64,000 bases of DNA from an uncultured Gammaproteobacteria bacterium (GCA_964536725.1 CAZHYJ010000001.1:53018-117017); one strand, 5' to 3'; shown: positions 1 to 9,631, counted from the stretch's first letter. The notes: a model not told the origin generated them from the letters alone. Program-made: numbers and translations.

Positions 1-48
1 ACTGCATTGTGTGGTGGTGATGAAATCGTTTGTTGTAATTAATATTTA

Positions 49-549
49 TTGATTATTATGAAAAAATTTCTTTTATTACTATCATTTGGTCTCATTCTTC
101 TCCCTTTTGCTGTCTCTGCCCAATGGGGATCGGCGGGAAGCAAGTTACAAACAGTTGGCAATCAAACCGGTTTGCAGGCTAATCTAGAGACATCTGTTGG
201 TACAATTATCGCCAGCGTATTGGCTTTAGTTGGTACGATATTTTTAATACTCACTGTCTATGCTGGTATCTTGTGGATGACGGCGAGTGGTAGTGAAGAA
301 AAAGTAACTAAAGCAAAAAATATTATTACCGCAGCGATTATCGGTTTGGTAATTACAATGGCTGCTTATGCGATTACCAGTTTTGTAACTAATAGGTTGA
401 GTGGGGGTGGTTCTGTATCAGTGACTGACGCAGCTAGCTGTGCTGCTGCCGGCGGTGTTTGTAGTGTTAATTCTGGATGTACGGATGTATCACCAGATTT
501 AAAACAAATTGGCACTTGTGCTGATAAAGCCTGTTGTAAAGCTCAATAA
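49..549 (+). CDS. Pilin-like protein (CPR TrbC/VirB2-like) with short Cys-rich tail
   Basis: Signal peptide, two TM helices around YAGILWMTASGSEEKVTKAK; C-terminal CAAAGGVC...CC. Confidence 0.75.
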   Translation: MIIMKKFLLLLSFGLILLPFAVSAQWGSAGSKLQTVGNQTGLQANLETSVGTIIASVLALVGTIFLILTVYAGILWMTASGSEEKVTKAKNIITAAIIGLVITMAAYAITSFVTNRLSGGGSVSVTDAASCAAAGGVCSVNSGCTDVSPDLKQIGTCADKACCKAQ

Positions 550-566
550 GTTTTTTAATATTTTTT

Positions 567-974
567 ATGAAACTAATAAATAAAATAATATTAAGCATCC
601 TGTTTTCCGTGAGTGTCTTGTTTTTTGCCGCCCCAGTTTTTGCTCAGCCAAAAATCAACGAACTAACCCCTGGTGTGGCGGCTCAGGCGGGGTATAGTAA
701 AAGTGACGCCAGTGAAACTGCACTTTCAGAAAGAGTGGGTGGAATTATCAAAGTGGCGATGACTTTTGTTGGTACAATATTTTTGGTGTTAACTGTCTAC
801 GCTGGGTTTTTGTGGATGACGGCGAGTGGCAATGAAGAGCAAGTTAAAAAAGCAACCGGCATATTGAAAATGGCAGTTATTGGGTTGATTATAGTCTTGG
901 CGGCCTACGGCATTACGACTTTTGTGGTGAATTATATGGTGAGTAATGCACAGGGTACAGTAGTTGGAAAATAA
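567..974 (+). CDS. Pilin-like protein (CPR TrbC/VirB2-like)
   Basis: YAGFLWMTASGNEEQVKKA motif, paralogous to neighbours. Confidence 0.75.
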   Translation: MKLINKIILSILFSVSVLFFAAPVFAQPKINELTPGVAAQAGYSKSDASETALSERVGGIIKVAMTFVGTIFLVLTVYAGFLWMTASGNEEQVKKATGILKMAVIGLIIVLAAYGITTFVVNYMVSNAQGTVVGK

Positions 975-989
975 TTATCTTTTAATATT

Positions 990-1460
990 ATGCGAAAATT
1001 TTTTGTCTGTTTATCCGTTGCCTTAGTCTTTTTGGGAAGTGCGTTTTTTTTGACGATGGCACAAGCGCAATCTGACACTCAGTCTGAGATTACCAAGCAA
1101 CTGCAGGCAGCTGGCGGGGACAAAGGTGCTGGGTATGGGGTGGCGCAAGATCCACGCTTGATCGCTGCCAACATTGTGCGCACAGCGTTGGAATTTTTGG
1201 GAATAATATTTATCGTTTTGACAATGTATGCTGGGTTTTTGTGGATGACTGCTGGTGGTAATGAAGAAAAAGTAACCAAAGCAAAAACATTATTATTTCA
1301 AGCAGTTATCGGTTTGGCGATTATTCTTGCCGCCTATTCTATCACTTTGATGGTGGTTAGATTGGTCACTGGTAAATGGACAGATTTTGAGAATACGGAC
1401 TATATTATCCAGCAACCAAGAATAGAATGCGGGTTGCCCGGTCAACCACAGTGTCCTTAA
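990..1460 (+). CDS. Pilin-like protein (CPR TrbC/VirB2-like)
   Basis: YAGFLWMTAGGNEEKVTKAK motif. Confidence 0.75.
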   Translation: MRKFFVCLSVALVFLGSAFFLTMAQAQSDTQSEITKQLQAAGGDKGAGYGVAQDPRLIAANIVRTALEFLGIIFIVLTMYAGFLWMTAGGNEEKVTKAKTLLFQAVIGLAIILAAYSITLMVVRLVTGKWTDFENTDYIIQQPRIECGLPGQPQCP

Positions 1461-1500
1461 AAAATTACCCTCCTTTAAAAGGAGGGTTTTGAATTTTAGT

Positions 1501-2640
1501 ATGTTGAAAAGAATTGGTATATTTTATGTCAACGCTGGTGGTGGTCATAGCGGTACGGCCAAGGCTTTAGCGCGTGAAATTACCGAAAAATATGCCGATA
1601 TTGCCGAGCCTGTTTTGGTTGATGCGGGTGCGAATAGTGGTAGATTTTCCCATTGGATATTGACCAAAGGATATGGGTTATGGACAAACAGCAGTCATTT
1701 TATTTTGCTCTGGTGGATTTTTTATTGGGCGAGCCAATTTTTGTGGGTCAGACGTATTTGGGTGAAAATGTTTCGCAATCAAAAGCATGTGAACAAATTA
1801 GTAAGAGATGGGCGTTTTGATATTGTGATTTCTCTATATTTTTTCATCACTCCACCGTTGGCAAAGGCGGTAAAAAGCATTAGTCCGCAGACGGAAGTTT
1901 GGTCGGTGGTGACCGATCCTTTTACAGTGCCAAAAATTTGGTTTTATGAAAAAAATGTTAAATATTTTGTTTTTTCCGAGTTGGCAAAAAAGATGGCATT
2001 GTCCGAATGTATTGTGGAAGAAAATATTTCAGTAGTGGCGCCGGTGATTAATAATAAATTTTTACAGGCACGTGGATTAGATAAAAATGTGGTGCGAGAA
2101 AAATTGGGTTTACCGTTGGATAAAAAAATAATTTTGGTGGCGGCGGGGGGTGACGGGTTGTTTAATGGAGGTAAGGTTGTTCGAGCGCTAACGAATTTGT
2201 CAGATGATTTTCGGTTGATTGTCGTGTGTGGGCGTGAGCAAAGTTTTCTTGATCAAGTAAATTCGTTAAAAGAAAAGTATCCTGATAAAATATTATGGGC
2301 AATGGGTTTTGCAGAAAATATGGAGGAATTAATGGTGGCAGCCGATCTGGTTGTGGGTAAAGCTGGGCCAGCAGTAGTGTTTGAATCTTTAACGATTGGG
2401 CGTCCATTAGTTTTGACCAATTATATCTGGGGACAAGAAAAAGGCAATCGTGATTTTGTGGTGGAAAACGGTGTGGGGAAGTATGAACCACATACCGACC
2501 GGCTGGCGCAGACGGTGAGTTATTTTTTTGCTAATGAGGCGGAGTACAAAAAAACTATGGAAAAAATTGGAGCACTATCATTCCCAATCGGGACGGATGA
2601 GATATTGGAAAAAATACTAAAAACAAAAGAGGCTGAATAA
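1501..2640 (+). CDS. GT28 family glycosyltransferase (MGDG synthase/UgtP-like)
   Basis: AGGGH, VVTD, GGDG, ADLVVGKAGP, GQEKGN motifs; ATG at 1501. Confidence 0.8.
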   Translation: MLKRIGIFYVNAGGGHSGTAKALAREITEKYADIAEPVLVDAGANSGRFSHWILTKGYGLWTNSSHFILLWWIFYWASQFLWVRRIWVKMFRNQKHVNKLVRDGRFDIVISLYFFITPPLAKAVKSISPQTEVWSVVTDPFTVPKIWFYEKNVKYFVFSELAKKMALSECIVEENISVVAPVINNKFLQARGLDKNVVREKLGLPLDKKIILVAAGGDGLFNGGKVVRALTNLSDDFRLIVVCGREQSFLDQVNSLKEKYPDKILWAMGFAENMEELMVAADLVVGKAGPAVVFESLTIGRPLVLTNYIWGQEKGNRDFVVENGVGKYEPHTDRLAQTVSYFFANEAEYKKTMEKIGALSFPIGTDEILEKILKTKEAE

Positions 2641-2671
2641 AATCAGTCTCTTTTTTGAAAATCCGGGTGGG

Positions 2672-2744
2672 GGTGTCCTACGGGAGTTGAACCCGTTTTG
2701 TCGGTTCCACAAACCGACGTAATAACCGTTATACCAAGGACACC
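2672..2744 (-). tRNA. tRNA-His(GTG)
   Basis: Cloverleaf on minus strand, GTG anticodon, G-1, GGTTCAACTCC T-arm. Confidence 0.9.
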
Positions 2745-2805
2745 CCTACCAGGACTTTGTTGCAGTTCTGATTATATCGCATTATGTATTTTTTTTCAAC
2801 TGTCT

Positions 2806-2838
2806 GTGCTTCGCAGCGCCGTAGCTTTAGCGAAGGTG
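2806..2838. repeat. Short REP-like element (GTGCTTCGCAGCGCCGTAGCTTTAGCGAAGG)
   Basis: Related GCTTCGCA / GCGAAGG motifs recur at ~38240-38310. Confidence 0.4.
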
Positions 2839-2910
2839 TGCCCCCAGTAGGAATCGAACCTACAACTCAACCTTAGAAGGGTCGTGTTTTATCCATTAAA
2901 CTATAAGGGC
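2839..2910 (-). tRNA. tRNA-Arg(TCT)
   Basis: Cloverleaf, anticodon loop CT-TCT-AA, GGTTCGATTCC. Confidence 0.9.
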
Positions 2911-2994
2911 AATTCAACAAGAGGATTATATTGTATTTTTACAAATAAATCAAGTTATGGTATTATTTAGAGGTAAATAAAAGTTATAACCTGT

Positions 2995-4071
2995 ATGAAA
3001 AAATGTTTTCTTCTAATTTTGCCGTTATTTTTATTGACGGTTTTTTTGTTTGGTTTAGCGCCGGTTAGTGCGCAAAATTTTGGATTAGAGGTGACGGGTG
3101 CTAAGGCAGGTTACAATAAAACCGACACGCCGGAGTCTATAACAACAACTGTTATAAATTCTGCACTGGCTTTGGTGTACATCGCTTTTTTTATCTTAGT
3201 ACTATACGCGGGTATTCGCTGGATGACGGCCCAGGGCAATGAAGAGCACGTTACTAAGGCAAAAAACATATTAGAAGCAGCGATTATTGGTGTAGTGATT
3301 ATCTCTGCGGCTTATGCGATTACGAATTTCATATTAGGCAAGGTAGGAGCGAATGGTGGAGGGGGTGGAGGTGGTGAGCCAACTATTCCTAGCGTATGTT
3401 CCGGTCCATCACTTGTTTGCTATGATTTGTCTCAGTGTGCTACGGCGGGCGGTGAAGAAGTATCAGGAAAAACCTGTGCTGGTTCTGATGAGATTTGTTG
3501 TGATATTGGTACTGGAGAAAGCACTGATATTTGTGAGTCTGATTCGGATTGTGGAGAGCAGCATTCCTGTTATTATAGTAAATGCAGACTGAAGTGTGGT
3601 AGTAATAATGATTGTGAAGATGATCAGGATTGTACAGGGGGTGTTTGTATAGAAAGTGTTGATAAGTGTGCGATAGCGAATTGTGATTCTAATCAAAATT
3701 GTGATCCAGAGACAGGCGCTTGTACTTACAAAACAGGTTGTTGCTTGACAGGTTGTACCGTGCAAACAAGTGATAAATGTTCAGGAAATTTTGCTCCAGA
3801 CAAACAGTGTTCCGAAGTGATAGGTTGTGGTTTGTCTAATTGTCAGCCAAATAATGCTGGATTAATTAGTTTTTGTAAAAAACAAGAAGTGAAAGACGAT
3901 TTTGGGCTTGTGGTATGTAAAACGGGCAATGAGACTTATTGTTTTTCTGGTATGCAAAAAGAGTGTTTACCAAATTCTTCGTTTAACCTAAATACTTTTT
4001 GTGCAGCGCGGGGACAGAGCACCTGTGATATTGGGTTTGGTGATCCTTCGATCTGTATTTGGAAATATTAA
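2995..4071 (+). CDS. Pilin-like protein with long Cys-rich extracellular extension
   Basis: YAGIRWMTAQGNEEHVTKAK, poly-Gly linker, ~220 aa Cys-rich repeats. Confidence 0.75.
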   Translation: MKKCFLLILPLFLLTVFLFGLAPVSAQNFGLEVTGAKAGYNKTDTPESITTTVINSALALVYIAFFILVLYAGIRWMTAQGNEEHVTKAKNILEAAIIGVVIISAAYAITNFILGKVGANGGGGGGGEPTIPSVCSGPSLVCYDLSQCATAGGEEVSGKTCAGSDEICCDIGTGESTDICESDSDCGEQHSCYYSKCRLKCGSNNDCEDDQDCTGGVCIESVDKCAIANCDSNQNCDPETGACTYKTGCCLTGCTVQTSDKCSGNFAPDKQCSEVIGCGLSNCQPNNAGLISFCKKQEVKDDFGLVVCKTGNETYCFSGMQKECLPNSSFNLNTFCAARGQSTCDIGFGDPSICIWKY

Positions 4072-4199
4072 TTGTGTTGAGGTGCCCATTGACACTTTCC
4101 CCATTTTCCGCTATAGTATCCCCATAATTATTCCCGTTTAATCGGGGCCGAACCCTGCCGGACATGCCCGGAATGCGCTCGGTTAACAATATCGCATGT

Positions 4200-4568
4200 A
4201 TGTTAGACATCAAAAAGAAACAGCAAATTATCAAGAAATTCCAGACCCATGCTGGGGATACTGGTTCGAGCGAGGTTCAAATCGCCATTTTAACCTCAGA
4301 AATCGATGAATTGATCGAACACTTGAAGAGCCATCACAAAGATCATTCTTCTCGTCGTGGTTTACTTCGTAAGGTTAGTACTCGTCGTCGTCTGATGCGT
4401 TATCTAAAGAAAGATAACCCAGAAAGCTACGAAATTATCGCTAAAAAATTAAAAATCAAACAACCTCGTACAATTACCAAGTTAGATGCTTCTGGTAAAG
4501 AAGTCGCTGAAATTGAAGATTTAGAAGAGGTTGACATAGTGGAGGAAAAAGATGGAATTAAAGAATAA
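4200..4568 (+). CDS. rpsO: 30S ribosomal protein S15 with acidic C-terminal extension
   Basis: DTGSSEVQIAILT...HLK.H.KDHSSRRGLL; ATG at 4200. Confidence 0.95.
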   Translation: MLDIKKKQQIIKKFQTHAGDTGSSEVQIAILTSEIDELIEHLKSHHKDHSSRRGLLRKVSTRRRLMRYLKKDNPESYEIIAKKLKIKQPRTITKLDASGKEVAEIEDLEEVDIVEEKDGIKE

Positions 4569-5166
4569 AAAAAATCATCCTTTAAAACACCCCGAACAAC
4601 GCGTTGGGGTGTTTATTGATGTACAAAATATGTACTATAGTGCCAAAAACTTGTTTGGTGCTAAAGTAAATTTTGGTAATATCGTGAAAGAGGCAATTGG
4701 TGGTCGGAAGCTTATCCGTGCCATTGCCTATGTGGTTCGAACTGAAGGTAAAGAAGAGCAACCTTTTTTTGACGCTCTCTACAACCTGGGTATCGAAACC
4801 AAAGAACGTCCACTGCAGATTTTCTACGGTGGCGAGAAGAAAGCCGACTGGGACGTGGGTTTGACAGTGGATGCGATTCGGCTGTCTTCCAGTTTAGATG
4901 CAGTGATTTTAGTATCGGGTGATGGTGACTATTTGCCGTTAGTCGAATATTTGAAATTTAATCAAGGCAAACAAGTAGAGGTATTGGCATTTGGCCAAAC
5001 TACTTCTGCGCGTTTGAAAGAGGCAGTGGATGACTTTGTGGATTTGGCTGAAGAAAAAGGCAAGTTTTTAATCTCTGACAGTCGTCCACAGGCAGTGCGT
5101 CCGATGGTGCGCCCAACAATGCCGCGCCCAATCGCTCGGCCGATGTTACGACCCAAGAAATTTTAA
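4552..5166 (+). CDS. NYN/LabA (DUF88) domain protein
   Basis: VFIDVQN, KKADWDV, LVSGDGDY motifs. Confidence 0.9.
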   Translation: MELKNKKNHPLKHPEQRVGVFIDVQNMYYSAKNLFGAKVNFGNIVKEAIGGRKLIRAIAYVVRTEGKEEQPFFDALYNLGIETKERPLQIFYGGEKKADWDVGLTVDAIRLSSSLDAVILVSGDGDYLPLVEYLKFNQGKQVEVLAFGQTTSARLKEAVDDFVDLAEEKGKFLISDSRPQAVRPMVRPTMPRPIARPMLRPKKF

Positions 5167-5292
5167 GGATAGATCGCTAAACTTTTTAAAAAGAGTTTAG
5201 CACTTTATTTTTAAGCGAAGTGAGTGAAATGAAAATTTTATTTTCATTTCCGAACGAGCGCAAAAAATATAAACTTTAGTTTTTATTCTTAA

Positions 5293-5351
5293 GAAGATGG
5301 TTTGCGGACAAAGAGACCACTTATCTGGTCTTGTGCGCGCGAATCATCTTC
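5293..5351 (+). promoter_or_regulatory. Long 5' leader hairpin of pnp (possible RNase III autoregulatory stem)
   Basis: GAAGATGGTTTGCG...CGCGAATCATCTTC stem directly upstream of RBS and ATG 5366. Confidence 0.5.
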
Positions 5352-5365
5352 AGGAAAGGACATTT

Positions 5366-7576
5366 ATGAATGTCAAAAATTGGTCAATGGAATGGGGCGG
5401 AAGAACCCTTTCTGTTGAGGTAGGAAAATTGGCTTTACAGACCAATTCTTCTTGTGTAGTGCGTTACGGCGACACGGTTATTTTGGCAACTGCCAATATG
5501 AGTCGTCAAACTCGTGATGGGATTGATTTTTTCCCACTCATGGTGAACTTTGAAGAAAAGTTATACGCTGCGGGAAAAATTAAAGGCAGTCGGTTTATCA
5601 AACGCGAAGGTCGACCAACGGAGGATGCAATTTTGTCCGCTCGTTTGGTTGATCGTTCAATTCGTCCGTTGTTTGACGAACGCATGCGTAATGACGTGCA
5701 GGTTATTTTGACTGCGCTGTCATATGATATGGAAAACGATCCACAGGTGCCAGCTTTGGTGGCGGCAGCTTTGGCGCTGACTATTTCCTCTATTCCTTGG
5801 AAGGGAAATTTGGCTGGTGCTCGCGTCGGTCGCATTGATGGTAAATTAATTTTAAACCCCAGTTTGTTGGAGCGTGCTAAAAGTGATTTCGATGTTGTCG
5901 TAGCGGGTAATCCAGACAAAGTGGTAATGGTAGAAGCAGCTTGTAATGATATTCCTGACGCCGAGGTTATTGCCGCAATGAAATTTGGTGCGGAGAACCT
6001 GCTTCCAGTTTTGGATTTTATTACCAAAATTCAAAAAGAGATTGGTCAAACAAAGATTGATATTGAAGAATTGTTAAAGAGTGAATTTGAAGTGGCAATC
6101 AATTTGTGGGAGAAGGATGTTGAAAGTTTTATCGCTAGTAAAGTAGATGAATGGATGTTTGATGCACCAAAAATTAACCGCGCAGAACGTGTGGTGATGG
6201 TAGATCGATTTACTGATGCTGCCAAAGAGCTAATGGTGGCTAAAGAAGCTGACGCCGCAGTGCAGAAGGTGATTTTGAGCCGCATAAAAATTTATGTGGA
6301 GAAATTTATCACTAAAAGAATTTTAGACAAAAAGCAGCGTTTGGATGGTCGTCGTTTAGACCAAGTACGTAATTTAGAAGTGGAGACTGGTTTGTTACCA
6401 CGCGTTCATGGTTCTGGTATGTTTATGCGTGGTGATACTCAAGTTTTATCGATCGTAACTTTGGGTGCTCCTGGTGATGTGCAAACTCTAGACTCAATGG
6501 AAGAAGAGGGCACAAAACGCTATATGCACCACTATAATGACACTCCCGCCACTTATGGTGAGACCGGTCCGTTACGTGGTCCAGGGAACCGTGCAATCGG
6601 CCACGGAGCGTTAGCGGAGAAGGCATTGGAGCCAGTGTTGCCTTCGGAGATTGATTTCCCTTATACGATTCGTATTGTATCTGAAGTATTAGGCTCGAAC
6701 GGTTCGAGTTCGATGGCCTCGACCTGTGGATCGTCCCTGGCTTTGATGGATGCTGGCGTGCCGCTTAAAAAAGCGGTGGCTGGTATTGCGATGGGTTTGG
6801 CCAGTGAACCAAATGGTCGCTATGAGATTATCACTGACTTACAAGATGTAGAAGACGGACCAGGTGGAATGGATTTCAAAATTACTGGTACTAAAGATGG
6901 CGTGACCGCAATACAGATGGACACCAAAACCGATGGTTTGTCTTGGGAGATTGTTGATACCACTTTCAGTCGTTCACGTACCGCCCGTTTGGAAATTTTA
7001 GAAGCGATGGGCAAAGTTATGCCAACACATCGTGCTGAATTGTCCAAATATGCCCCACGCATCGTGGTAATCAATATTGACCCAGAAAAGATCCGCGATG
7101 TTATCGGTCCAGGCGGCAAGATGATCAACAAGATTATCGCCGAGACTGGTGTGTCAATTGATATTGAACAAGATGGTCGAGTATTTGTTACTTCGAGTGA
7201 TGCGGTTGGAATGGAAAAGGCGATTAAATGGGTTAATGATTTAACTCGTGAGCCTGCAGCTGGTGAAATCTTTGAAGGCACAGTTGTTCGTATGGAGGAC
7301 TTTGGTGCTTTTATCAATATTTTGCCTGGTAAGGATGGTATGGTGCATGTGAGTGATATCGCTTGGGCACGTACTAACAAGCCAAGTGATGTGATGAAGC
7401 TTGGCGACAAAGTAAAAGTACAAGTAAAAGAAGTGGATAATTTAGGTCGGGTGAATTTGAGTATGAAATCTCTGTTGCCTCGTCCTGAAGGATACGTTGA
7501 GCAGCCACGTCCAGAGCGTAGTTCCGGCGGTAGCCGGGGTGGGTTTGGTGGACGCAGTGGAGGCGGACATCGTTAA
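5366..7576 (+). CDS. pnp: Polyribonucleotide nucleotidyltransferase
   Basis: DFFPL, RLVDRSIRPLF, SNGSSSMAS, KH and S1 domains; ATG at 5366 after AGGAAAGGA. Confidence 0.97.
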   Translation: MNVKNWSMEWGGRTLSVEVGKLALQTNSSCVVRYGDTVILATANMSRQTRDGIDFFPLMVNFEEKLYAAGKIKGSRFIKREGRPTEDAILSARLVDRSIRPLFDERMRNDVQVILTALSYDMENDPQVPALVAAALALTISSIPWKGNLAGARVGRIDGKLILNPSLLERAKSDFDVVVAGNPDKVVMVEAACNDIPDAEVIAAMKFGAENLLPVLDFITKIQKEIGQTKIDIEELLKSEFEVAINLWEKDVESFIASKVDEWMFDAPKINRAERVVMVDRFTDAAKELMVAKEADAAVQKVILSRIKIYVEKFITKRILDKKQRLDGRRLDQVRNLEVETGLLPRVHGSGMFMRGDTQVLSIVTLGAPGDVQTLDSMEEEGTKRYMHHYNDTPATYGETGPLRGPGNRAIGHGALAEKALEPVLPSEIDFPYTIRIVSEVLGSNGSSSMASTCGSSLALMDAGVPLKKAVAGIAMGLASEPNGRYEIITDLQDVEDGPGGMDFKITGTKDGVTAIQMDTKTDGLSWEIVDTTFSRSRTARLEILEAMGKVMPTHRAELSKYAPRIVVINIDPEKIRDVIGPGGKMINKIIAETGVSIDIEQDGRVFVTSSDAVGMEKAIKWVNDLTREPAAGEIFEGTVVRMEDFGAFINILPGKDGMVHVSDIAWARTNKPSDVMKLGDKVKVQVKEVDNLGRVNLSMKSLLPRPEGYVEQPRPERSSGGSRGGFGGRSGGGHR

Positions 7577-7680
7577 AAATATCTAAACAAAAATATGCCG
7601 ATTAAAAACCGGCATATTTTTTATTAACAGTCGAGTGGAGTTGACTTTTGGGGTGGATAATATATAATACTAGCGCTTTT

Positions 7681-7752
7681 GCGGGTGTCGTATAATGGCT
7701 ATTATCCCAGTTTTCCAAACTGGTGACACGGGTTCGATTCCCGTTACCCGCT
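7681..7752 (+). tRNA. tRNA-Gly(TCC)
   Basis: Cloverleaf GCGGGTG...TACCCGC, anticodon TCC. Confidence 0.93.
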
Positions 7753-7831
7753 CTTAGATGGCCAATAAACAGAGGGTCGACTTGACATTTTTGTTCAAAA
7801 AATATATATTATAAGTCGTCAAATAAAACTT

Positions 7832-7906
7832 GCGGGTATAGTATAACGGCTATTATGCGTCCTTGCCAAGGACGAGTCACGGGTTCGACTCCCGTTACCC
7901 GCTCCA
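7832..7906 (+). tRNA. tRNA-Gly(GCC); 3' end is the integration site (attL) of island 1
   Basis: Cloverleaf, anticodon GCC, ends CCA; integrase stop codon lies in its 3' end. Confidence 0.93.
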
Positions 7907-9484
7907 ATGTGAATAAACAGCTTGAAAAGAGCTGTTTTTTCTTTTATCTTCGCAATAAATTGTCGGTTCTAACATGGCCTTTTGAAGGACTTCATCCTTT
8001 AAACCTTCACGCAAAGTTAAGTATGGTTTTTGCAGTTCAATATGCAGTTTTTTGTCCTTTAAATAAAAGTTCTGACCGAGCGTTCGTAAAATATCGGTTT
8101 TAATCTGTATGTCTCCGGCCTCAAATTTGATTTTGGCATAGGTGGCAAACTCAAAAGCACCTTCCGTTAATTCTACCCATTCATTGACCCCTGTCTCAAT
8201 TTCTCTTATCACACCCTCAATTCGCGCCTTCTCCGTCATTAAGGAATTTTTCTGTTCTCTATATTCGTTATCACTTAAAAATGTTCGGTCAGCGTTACTC
8301 GGTGATATAAACAAATTTATTAAATTATCTATGCTTTTAAGGCAGTTGTTATAATTTTCTTGTTGAGCCTTTAATACAATCTCCCGGTTCTTTTCCTCAA
8401 TAATATTTCTGTTCCTTAATATTTCAACAGCCCAATGCAAAAATTCTTCCGGTATAGTAATGGCATCTAGATAGGTAGAAATTTGTTTTAGAATTTCCTC
8501 ACTGGTTATTGATTTTTGGCTGCATGTCTTACCACATTTATTATGCGAGCAATGGTGGTAAAGATGTCTTTTAATACTTCCGTCCTTCATCTTTTTAAAT
8601 TTTTCTTCGGCAGTTATCATACCATCGCATTCAGCACAACGGATTATTCCATTAAAAGGTAACCTTTTATATTTAGGCCGTGGTTTTCCGCTCTGCCCTA
8701 ATATTTTTTGTGCCAAATCAAACTGTTCTTTCGTGATCATTGGTTCATGTTTGCCTTCGTATATTTTTCCATTATAAACAAATTCACCACAATAAAAAGA
8801 ATTGGTAAATATTTTATACATTGCACTTAAACATAATGGCTGGCCATCTTTGTTTCTCAATCCATACTCATTGCATACTATCTGATGAATTTGATTAACG
8901 GAGTAGTTGCCGGTTAGCAATAACCCCCAGGCTTTTTTTACCAACTCAAATTTTGATTCGTCTTTAAATAATCTTTTTTTACCTTTTTCTCCTGCTTTAT
9001 CGTTTAGATATCCGATAGCAGCAATGCCCGGTCTCCATCCTTTTTCAACTTTTGTATTCATTCCTCGCTTAACATCCTTGCTTAAGTCAAGGACATACTG
9101 GTTGGCCATGCCAAACTCAACAGCCATCATCAATATGTTGTCGGTGGGTAAGTATTCTCTACCAGGCGTAACAATTGATTTTATTATCCCTTGTTGTAAA
9201 AGCCATTGTATCTCACCGCCATCAATTGGATTTCTGGCTAGACGGTTTAATTTCCAACAAACCACACCATCTGCTTCGCCGCGTTTTATCATTTTCATCA
9301 TTTCATCATATTGTGGTCTACCTGGTTTCTTTGCCGACATTGATTCGCCAAATGTTTTGATAATATTTAAGCCTTTTCTTTTAACTTCATATCCTAACTC
9401 CTTTTTTTGATCATCAATAGATTGAACTTGACGATCTTCGGAATCAGTAGATTTTCTACAATACATGATATAGCGTAATGACAT
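7895..9484 (-). CDS. Large serine recombinase (resolvase + recombinase + Zn-ribbon); C-terminus interrupted by attL
   Basis: YCRKS, RLARN, CAEC...YHHC; likely start MSLRY at 9484; ends HWSG* with stop derived from tRNA sequence. Confidence 0.93.
   Translation of the reverse strand: MSLRYIMYCRKSTDSEDRQVQSIDDQKKELGYEVKRKGLNIIKTFGESMSAKKPGRPQYDEMMKMIKRGEADGVVCWKLNRLARNPIDGGEIQWLLQQGIIKSIVTPGREYLPTDNILMMAVEFGMANQYVLDLSKDVKRGMNTKVEKGWRPGIAAIGYLNDKAGEKGKKRLFKDESKFELVKKAWGLLLTGNYSVNQIHQIVCNEYGLRNKDGQPLCLSAMYKIFTNSFYCGEFVYNGKIYEGKHEPMITKEQFDLAQKILGQSGKPRPKYKRLPFNGIIRCAECDGMITAEEKFKKMKDGSIKRHLYHHCSHNKCGKTCSQKSITSEEILKQISTYLDAITIPEEFLHWAVEILRNRNIIEEKNREIVLKAQQENYNNCLKSIDNLINLFISPSNADRTFLSDNEYREQKNSLMTEKARIEGVIREIETGVNEWVELTEGAFEFATYAKIKFEAGDIQIKTDILRTLGQNFYLKDKKLHIELQKPYLTLREGLKDEVLQKAMLEPTIYCEDKRKNSSFQAVYSHWSG
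7914..7945 (+). terminator. Intrinsic terminator for tRNA-Gly, supplied by the island end (antisense within integrase CDS)
   Basis: AAACAGCT-TGAAAAG-AGCTGTTT followed by T-run. Confidence 0.65.
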
Positions 9485-9505
9485 ATAATTTAATTTTAAT
9501 AATAA

Positions 9506-9631
9506 ATAAAAGGACGGTCTGGTTGACCCAACTCTATACATTCCGAAGGAATGATATCGCTGGCAGACCGCCCTTTTATGGCAGTGATATCAAAAAATAA
9601 AACCTTCGGATAGATTATAGGTTGGGTCAAC
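9506..9631 (-). promoter_or_regulatory. Structured leader upstream of integrase 1
   Basis: Long hairpin 9522-9631; loop segment 9564-9579 complementary to 9506-9521. Confidence 0.6.

Noticed and set aside
5195-5280. Palindromic tract before pnp and a similar one at ~57020-57072
   Set aside because: Hairpins are visible but similarity is too weak to define a family or function.
7855-8103. 82-aa ORF
   Set aside because: Overlaps tRNA-Gly and is antisense to the integrase.
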